Positions 55,001-64,000 of a stretch of DNA of 64,000 nucleotides are shown piece after piece (position 1 is the first letter of the stretch; every line of letters begins with the position of its first letter). The notes below the pieces were generated by a model. It was given only the letters and a program-made list of their open reading frames with translations. It searched no databases and was not told the origin of the DNA. The DNA comes from Balanoglossus misakiensis (Eukaryota > Animalia > Hemichordata), in contig CM082582.2 of the NCBI GenBank assembly GCA_040954595.2, forward strand, positions 6,509,963 through 6,573,962. The letters run 5' to 3'. Made by a program: the position numbers and the translations under genes.

Positions 55001-58000
55001 GAAAATCATCCAAAAATGACAATTTTTCGACTTTGCGAACTTTCAAAATTTCTTCATTTTTTGAAAAAAACATGGGTTATAGCTCATGAAAATCATCCAA
55101 AAATGACAATTTTTCGACTTTGCGAACTTTCAAAATTTCTTCATTTTTTTAAAAAAACCATGGGTTATAGCTCATGAAAATCATCCAAAAATGACAATTT
55201 TTCGACTTTGCGAACTTTCAAAATTTCTTCATTTTTTTGAAAAAACCATGGGTTATAGCTCATGAAAATCATCCAAAAATGACAATTTTTCGACTTTGCG
55301 AACTTTCAAAATTTCTTCATTTTTTTGAAAAAACCATGGGTTATAGCTCATGAAAATCATCCAAAAATGACAATTTTTCGACTTTGCGAACTTTCAAAAT
55401 TTCTTCATTTTTTTGAAAAAAACCATGGGTTATAGCTCATGAAAATCATCCAAAAATGACAATTTTTCGACTTTGCGAAGTTTCAAAATTTCTTCATTTT
55501 TTTGAAAAAACCATGGGTTATAGCTCATGAAAATCATCCAAAAATGACAATTTTTCGACTTTGCGAACTTTCAAAATTTCTTCATTTTTTTGAAAAAACC
55601 ATGGGTTATAGCTCATGAAAATCATCCAAAAATGACAATTTTTCGACTTTGCGAACTTTCAAATTTTCTTCATTTTTTTTAAAAAACCATGGGTTATAGC
55701 TCATGAAAATCATCCAAAAATGACAATTTTTCGACTTTGCGAACTTTCAAAATTTCTTCATTTTTTTGAAAAAACCATGGGTTATAGCTCATGAAAATCA
55801 TCCAAAAATGACAATTTTTCGACTTTGCGAACTTTCAAAATTTCTTCATTTTTTTGAAAAAACCATGGGTTATAGCTCATGAAAATCATCAAAAAATGAC
55901 AATTTTTCGACTTTGCGAACTTTCAAAATTTCTTCATTTTTTTGAAAAAACCATGGGTTATAGCTCATGAAAATCATCCAAAAATGACAATTTTTCGACT
56001 TTGCGAACTTTCAAAATTTCTTCATTTTTTTGAAAAAACCATGGGTTATAGCTCATGAAAATCATCCAAAAATGACAATTTTTCGACTTTGCGAACTTTC
56101 AAAATTTCTTCATTTTTTGAAAAAACCATGGGTTATAGCTCATGAAAATCATCCAAAAATGACAATTTTTCGACTTTGCGAACTTTCAAAATTTCTTCAT
56201 TTTTTTGAAAAAACCATGGGTTATAGCTCATGAAAATCATCCAAAAATGACAATTTTTCGACTTTGCGAACTTTCAAAATTTCTTCATTTTTTTGAAAAA
56301 ACCATGGGTTATAGCTCATGAAAATCATCCAAAAATGACAATTTTTCGACTTTGCGAACTTTCAAATTTTCTTCATTTTTTTTAAAAAACCATGGGTTAT
56401 AGCTCATGAAAATCATCCAAAAATGACAATTTTTCGACTTTGCGAACTTTCAAAATTTCTTCATTTTTTTGAAAAAACCATGGGTTATAGCTCATGAAAA
56501 TCATCCAAAAATGACAATTTTTCGACTTTGCGAACTTTCAAAATTTCTTCATTTTTTTGAAAAAACCATGGGTTATAGCTCATGAAAATCATCCAAAAAT
56601 GACAATTTTTCGACTTTGCGAACTTTCAAAATTTCTTCATTTTTTTTAAAAAACCATGGGTTATAGCTCATGAAAATCATCCAAAAATGACAATTTTTCG
56701 ACTTTGCGAACTTTCAAAATTTCTTCATTTTTTTGAAAAAACCATGGGTTATAGCTCATGAAAATCATCCAAAAATGACAATTTTTCGACTTTGCGAACT
56801 TTCAAAATTTCTTCATTTTTTTGAAAAAACCATGGGTTATAGCTCATGAAAATCATCCAAAAATGACAATTTTTCGACTTTGCGAACTTTCAAAATTTCT
56901 TCATTTTTTTGAAAAAACCATGGGTTATAGCTCATGAAAATCATCCAAAAATGACAATTTTTCGACTTTGCGAACTTTCAAAATTTCTTCATTTTTTTGA
57001 AAAAACCGTGGGTTATAGCTCATGAAAATCATCCAAAAATGACAATTTTTCGACTTTGCGAACTTTCAAATTTTCTTCATTTTTTTAAAAAACCATGGGT
57101 TATAGCTCATGAAAATCATCCAAAAATGACAATTTTTCGACTTTGCGAACTTTCAAAATTTCTTCATTTTTTTGAAAAAACCATGGGTTATAGCTCATGA
57201 AAATCATCCAAAAATGACAATTTTTCGACTTTGCGAACTTTCAAAATTTCTTCATTTTTTTGAAAAAACCATGGGTTATAGCTCATGAAAATCATCCAAA
57301 AATGACAATTTTTCGACTTTGCGAACTTTCAAAATTTCTTCATTTTTTTGAAAAAACCATGGGTTATAGCTCATGAAAATCATCCAAAAATGACAATTTT
57401 TCGACTTTGCGAACTTTCAAAATTTCTTCATTTTTTTGAAAAAACCATGGGTTATAGCTCATGAAAATCATCCAAAAATGACAATTTTTCGACTTTGCGA
57501 ACTTTCAAAATTTCTTCATTTTTTGAAAAAACCATGGGTTATAGCTCATGAAAATCATCCAAAAATGACAATTTTTCGACTTTGCGAACTTTCAAAATTT
57601 CTTCATTTTTTTGAAAAAACCATGGGTTATAGCTCATGAAAATCATCCAAAAATGACAATTTTTCGACTTTGCGAACTTTCAAAATTTCTTCATTTTTTT
57701 GAAAAAACCATGGGTTATAGCTCATGAAAATCATCCAAAAATGACAATTTTTCGACTTTGCGAACTTTCAAATTTTCTTCATTTTTTTTAAAAAACCATG
57801 GGTTATAGCTCATGAAAATCATCCAAAAATGACAATTTTTCGACTTTGCGAACTTTCAAAATTTCTTCATTTTTTTGAAAAAACCATGGGTTATAGCTCA
57901 TGAAAATCATCCAAAAATGACAATTTTTCGACTTTGCGAACTTTCAAAATTTCTTCATTTTTTTGAAAAAACCATGGGTTATAGCTCATGAAAATCATCC

Positions 58001-61000
58001 AAAAATGACAATTTTTCGACTTTGCGAACTTTCAAAATTTCTTCATTTTTTTGAAAAAACCATGGGTTATAGCTCATGAAAATCATCCAAAAATGACAAT
58101 TTTTCGACTTTGCGAACTTTCAAAATTTCTTCATTTTTTTGAAAAAACCATGGGTTATAGCTCATGAAAATCATCCAAAAATGACAATTTTTCGACTTTG
58201 CGAACTTTCAAAATTTCTTCATTTTTTTGAAAAAACCATGGGTTATAGCTCATGAAAATCATCCAAAAATGACAATTTTTTCGACTTTGCGAACTTTCAA
58301 AATTTCTTCATTTTTTTGAAAAAACCATGGGTTATAGCTCATGAAAATCATCCAAAAATGACAATTTTTCGACTTTGCGAACTTTCAAAATTTCTTCATT
58401 TTTTTGAAAAAACCATGGGTTATAGCTCATGAAAATCATCCAAAAATGACAATTTTTCGACTTTGCGAACTTTCAAATTTTCTTCATTTTTTTTAAAAAC
58501 CATGGGTTATAGCTCATGAAAATCATCCAAAAATGACAATTTTTCGACTTTGCGAACTTTCAAAATTTCTTCATTTTTTTGAAAAAACCATGGGTTATAG
58601 CTCATGAAAATCATCCAAAAATGACAATTTTTCGACTTTTGCGAACTTTCAAAATTTCTTCATTTTTTTTGAAAAAACCATGGGTTATAGCTCATGAAAA
58701 TCATCCAAAAATGACAATTTTTTCGACTTTGCGAACTTTCAAAATTTCTTCATTTTTTTGAAAAAACCATGGGTTATAGCTCATGAAAATCATCCAAAAA
58801 TGACAATTTTTCGACTTTGCGAACTTTCAAAATTTCTTCATTTTTTTGAAAAAACCATGGGTTATAGCTCATGAAAATCATCCAAAAATGACAATTTTTC
58901 GACTTTGCGAACTTTCAAAATTTCTTCATTTTTTTGAAAAAACCATGGGTTATAGCTCATGAAAATCATCCAAAAATGACAATTTTTCGACTTTGCGAAC
59001 TTTCAAAATTTCTTCATTTTTTTGAAAAAACCATGGGTTATAGCTCATGAAAATCATCCAAAAATGACAATTTTTCGACTTTGCGAACTTTCAAAATTTC
59101 TTCATTTTTTTGAAAAAACCATGGGTTATAGCTCATGAAAATCATCCAAAAATGACAATTTTTCGACTTTGCGAACTTTCAAAATTTCTTCATTTTTTTG
59201 AAAAAACCATGGGTTATAGCTCATGAAAATCATCCAAAAATGACAATTTTTCGACTTTGCGAACTTTCAAAATTTCTTCATTTTTTTGAAAAAACCATGG
59301 GTTATAGCTCATGAAAATCATCCAAAAATGACAATTTTTCGACTTTGCGAACTTTCAAAATTTCTTCATTTTTTTGAAAAAACCATGGGTTATAGCTCAT
59401 GAAAATCATCCAAAAATGACAATTTTTCGACTTTGCGAACTTTCAAAATTTCTTCATTTTTTTGAAAAAACCATGGGTTATAGCTCATGAAAATCATCCA
59501 AAAATGACAATTTTTCGACTTTGCGAACTTTCAAAATTTCTTCATTTTTTTGAAAAAACCATTGGTTATAGCTTATGAAAATCATCCAAAAATGACAATT
59601 TTTCGACTTTGCGAACTTTCAAAATTTCTTCATTTTTTTGAAAAACCCATGGGTTATAGCTCATGAAAATCATCCAAAAATGACAATTTTTCGACTTTGC
59701 GAACTTTCAAAATTTCTTCATTTTTTTGAAAAAACCATGGGTTATAGCTCATGAAAATCATCCAAAAATGACAATTTTTCGACTTTGCGAACTTTCAAAA
59801 TTTCTTCATTTTTTTTTAAAAAACCATGGGTTATAGCTCATGAAAATCATCCAAAAATGACAATTTTTCGACTTTGCGAACTTTCAAAATTTCTTCATTT
59901 TTTTGAAAAAACCATGGGTTATAGCTCATGAAAATCATCCAAAAATGACAATTTTTCGACTTTGCGAACTTTCAAATTTCTTCATTTTTTTTAAAAAAAC
60001 CATGGGTTATAGCTCATGAAAATCATCCAAAAATGACAATTTTTCGACTTTGCGAACTTTCAAAATTTCTTCATTTTTTTGAAAAAACCATGGGTTATAG
60101 CTCATGAAAATCATCCAAAAATGACAATTTTTCGACTTTGCGAACTTTCAAAATTTCTTCATTTTTTTGAAAAAACCATGGGTTATAGCTCATGAAAATC
60201 ATCCAAAAATGACAATTTTCGACTTTGCGAACTTTCAAAATTTCTTCATTTTTTTTAATAAACCATGGGTTATAGCTCATGAAAATCATCCAAAAATGAC
60301 AATTTTTCGACTTTGCGAACTTTCAAAATTTCTTCATTTTTTTGAAAAAACCATGGGTTATAGCTCATGAAAATCATCCAAAAATGACAATTTTTCGACT
60401 TTGCGAACTTTCAAAATTTCTTCATTTTTTTGAAAAAACCATGGGTTATAGCTCATGAAAATCATCCAAAAATGACAATTTTTCGACTTTGCGAACTTTC
60501 AAAATTTCTTCATTTTTTTGAAAAAACCATGGGTTATAGCTCATGAAAATCATCCAAAAATGACAATTTTTTCGACTTTGCGAACTTTCAAAATTTCTTC
60601 ATTTTTTTGAAAAAACCATGGGTTATAGCTCATGAAAATCATCCAAAAATGACAATTTTTCGACTTTGCGAACTTTCAAAATTTCTTCATTTTTTTGAAA
60701 AAACCATGGGTTATAGCTCATGAAAATCATCCAAAAATGACAATTTTTCGACTTTGCGAACTTTCAAAAATTTCTTCATTTTTTTGAAAAAACCATGGGT
60801 TATAGCTCATGAAAATCATCCAAAAATGACAATTTTTCGACTTCGCGAACTTTCAAAATTTCTTCATTTTTTTGAAAAAACCATGGGTTATAGCTCATGA
60901 AAATCATCCAAAAATGACAATTTTCGACTTCGCGAACTTTCAAAATTTCTTCATTTTTTTGAAAAAACCATGGGTTATAGCTCATGACAATCATCCAAAA

Positions 61001-64000
61001 ATGACAATTTTTCGACTTCGCGAACTTTCAAAATTTCTTCATTTTTTTGAAAAAACCATGGGTTATAGCTCATGAAAATCATCCAAAAATGACAATTTTT
61101 CGACTTCGCGAACTTTCAAAATTTCTTCATTTTTTTGAAAAAACCATGGGTTATAGCTCATGAAAATCATCCAAAAATGACAATTTTTCGACTTCGCGAA
61201 CTTTCAAAATTTCTTCATTTTTTTGAAAAAACCATGGGTTATAGCTCATGAAAATCATCCAAAAATGACAATTTTTCGACTTTGCGAACTTTCAAAATTT
61301 CTTCATTTTTTGAAAAAACCATGGGTTATAGCTCATGAAAATCATCCAAAAATGACAATTTTTCGACTTGCGAACTTTCAAAATTTCTTCATTTTTTTGA
61401 AAAAACCATGGGTTATAGCTCATGAAAATCATCCAAAATGACAATTTTTCGACTTCGCGAACTTTCAAAATTTCTTCATTTTTTTGAAAAAACCATGGGT
61501 TATAGCTCATGAAAATCATCCAAAAATGACAATTTTTCGACTTTGCGAACTTTCAAAATTTCTTCATTTTTTTGAAAAAACCATGGGTTATAGCTCATGA
61601 AAATCATCCAAAAATGACAATTTTTCGACTTTGCGAACTTTCAAAATTTCTTCATTTTTTTAAAAAAACCATGGGTTATAGCTCATGAAAATCATCCAAA
61701 AATGACAATTTTTCGACTTTGCGAACTTTCAAAATTTCTTCATTTTTTTGAAAAAACCATGGGTTATAGCTCATGAAAATCATCCAAAAATGACAATTTT
61801 TCGACTTTGCGAACTTTCAAAATTTCTTCATTTTTTTGAAAAACCATGGGTTATAGCTCATGAAAATCATCCAAAAATGACAATTTTTCGACTTTGCGAA
61901 CTTTCAAAATTTCTTCATTTTTTTGAAAAAAACCATGGGTTATAGCTCATGAAAATCATCCAAAAATGACAATTTTTCGACTTTGCGAACTTTCAAAATT
62001 TCTTCATTTTTTTGAAAAAACCATGGGTTATAGCTCATGAAAATCATCCAAAAATGACAATTTTTCGACTTTGCGAACTTTCAAAATTTCTTCATTTTTT
62101 TGAAAAAACCATGGGTTATAGCTCATGAAAATCATCCAAAAATGACAATTTTTCGACTTTGCGAACTTTCAAAATTTCTTCATTTTTTGAAAAAAACCAT
62201 GGGTTATAGCTCATGAAAATCATCCAAAAATGACAATTTTTCGACTTTGCGAACTTTCAAAATTTCTTCATTTTTTTGAAAAAACCATGGGTTATAGCTC
62301 ATGAAAATCATCCAAAAATGACAATTTTTCGACTTTGCGAACTTTCAAAATTTCTTCATTTTTTTTGAAAAAACCATGGGTTTATAGCTCATGAAAATCA
62401 TCCAAAAATGACAATTTTTCGACTTTGCGAACTTTCAAAATTTCTTCATTTTTTTGAAAAAACCATGGGTTATAGCTCATGAAAATCATCCAAAAATGAC
62501 AATTTTTCGACTTTGCGAACTTTCAAAATTTCTTCATTTTTTTGAAAAAACCATGGGTTATAGCTCATGAAAATCATCCAAAAATGACAATTTTTCGACT
62601 TTGCGAACTTTCAAAATTTCTTCATTTTTTTTAAAAAACCATGGGTTATAGCTCATGAAAATCATCCAAAAATGACAATTTTTCGACTTTGCGAACTTTC
62701 AAAATTTCTTCATTTTTTTGAAAAAACCATGGGTTATAGCTCATGAAAATCATCCAAAAATGACAATTTTTCGACTTTGCGAACTTTCAAAATTTCTTCA
62801 TTTTTTGAAAAAAACATGGGTTATAGCTCATGAAAATCATCCAAAAATGACAATTTTTCGACTTTGCGAACTTTCAAAATTTCTTCATTTTTTTGAAAAA
62901 AACCATGGGTTATAGCTCATGAAAATCATCCAAAAATGACAATTTTTCGACTTTGCGAACTTTCAAAATTTCTTCATTTTTTTGAAAAAACCATGGGTTA
63001 TAGCTCATGAAAATCATCCAAAAATGACAATTTTTCGACTTTGCGAACTTTCAAAATTTCTTCATTTTTTTGAAAAAAACCATGGGTTATAGCTCATGAA
63101 AATCATCCAAAAATGACAATTTTTCGACTTTGCGAACTTTCAAAAATTTCTTCATTTTTTTGAAAAAACCATGGGTTATAGCTCATGAAAATCATCCAAA
63201 AATGACAATTTTTCGACTTTGCGAACTTTCAAATTTTCTTCATTTTTTTGAAAAAACCATGGGTTATAGCTCATGAAAATCATCCAAAAATGACAATTTT
63301 TCGACTTTGCGAACTTTCAAAATTTCTTCATTTTTTTGAAAAAACCATGGGTTATAGCTCATGAAAATCATCCAAAAATGACAATTTTTCGACTTTGCGA
63401 ACTTTCAAAATTTCTTCATTTTTTTGAAAAAACCATGGTTATAGCTCATGAAAATCATCCAAAAATGACAATTTTTCGACTTTGCGAACTTTCAAAATTT
63501 CTTCATTTTTTTGAAAAAACCATGGGTTATAGCTCATGAAAATCATCCAAAAATGACAATTTTTCGACTTTGCGAACTTTCAAAATTTCTTCATTTTTTT
63601 GAAAAAACCATGGGTTATAGCTCATGAAAATCATCCAAAAATGACAATTTTTCGACTTTGCGAACTTTCAAAATTTCTTCATTTTTTTGAAAAAACCATG
63701 GGTTATAGCTCATGAAAATCATCCAAAAATGACAATTTTTCGACTTTGCGAACTTTCAAAATTTCTTCATTTTTTTGAAAAAAACCATGGGTTATAGCTC
63801 ATGAAAATCATCCAAAAATGACAATTTTTCGACTTTGCGAACTTTCAAAATTTCTTCATTTTTTTGAAAAAACCATGGGTTATAGCTCGTGAAAATCATC
63901 CAAAAATGACAATTTTTCGACTTTGCGAACTTTCAAAATTTCTTCATTTTTTTTAAAAAAACCATGGGTTATAGCTCATGAAAATCATCCAAAAATGACA
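46019..64000. repeat. 88-bp AT-rich satellite, about 204 copies, continuing past the window end
   Basis: Monomer catgggttatagctcatgaaaatcatccaaaaatgacaatttttcgactttgcgaactttcaaaatttcttcatttttttgaaaaaac repeated head-to-tail with very few variants. Confidence 0.99.

Noticed and set aside
54974-63539. MKKPWVIAHENHPK... ORFs in the 88-bp satellite
   Set aside because: They appear only where a single-base indel makes an 87-bp unit; the monomer length is not a multiple of 3.

Overview
Eukaryotic, intron-containing genomic DNA, probably from an invertebrate deuterostome (inference from gene types and repeat style). All genes are on the + strand. In order: the 3' exons of a CNGB-type cyclic-nucleotide-gated channel; a full-length, apparently very young Ty3/Gypsy LTR retrotransposon (4135-12500; identical 566-bp LTRs, CTAG TSD, tRNA-Leu PBS, -1 gag/pol overlap) carrying an extra 222-aa zinc-finger-like ORF after pol; two tandem copies of an 8-exon atypical protein kinase gene with a hydrophobic N-terminus; an NRF-6/OACYL-type acyltransferase; an ML-domain (NPC2/MD-2-like) gene; and a cytosolic alpha-carbonic anhydrase. 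About 430 bp after the CA stop the sequence switches to a ~500-570-bp tandem array (37889-46019) with a perfect palindrome and a Pol III B-box-like motif. It then switches abruptly to a homogeneous 88-bp satellite that runs to the window end. Exon boundaries were read by eye from GT/AG sites and reading-frame continuity; no database searches were run.
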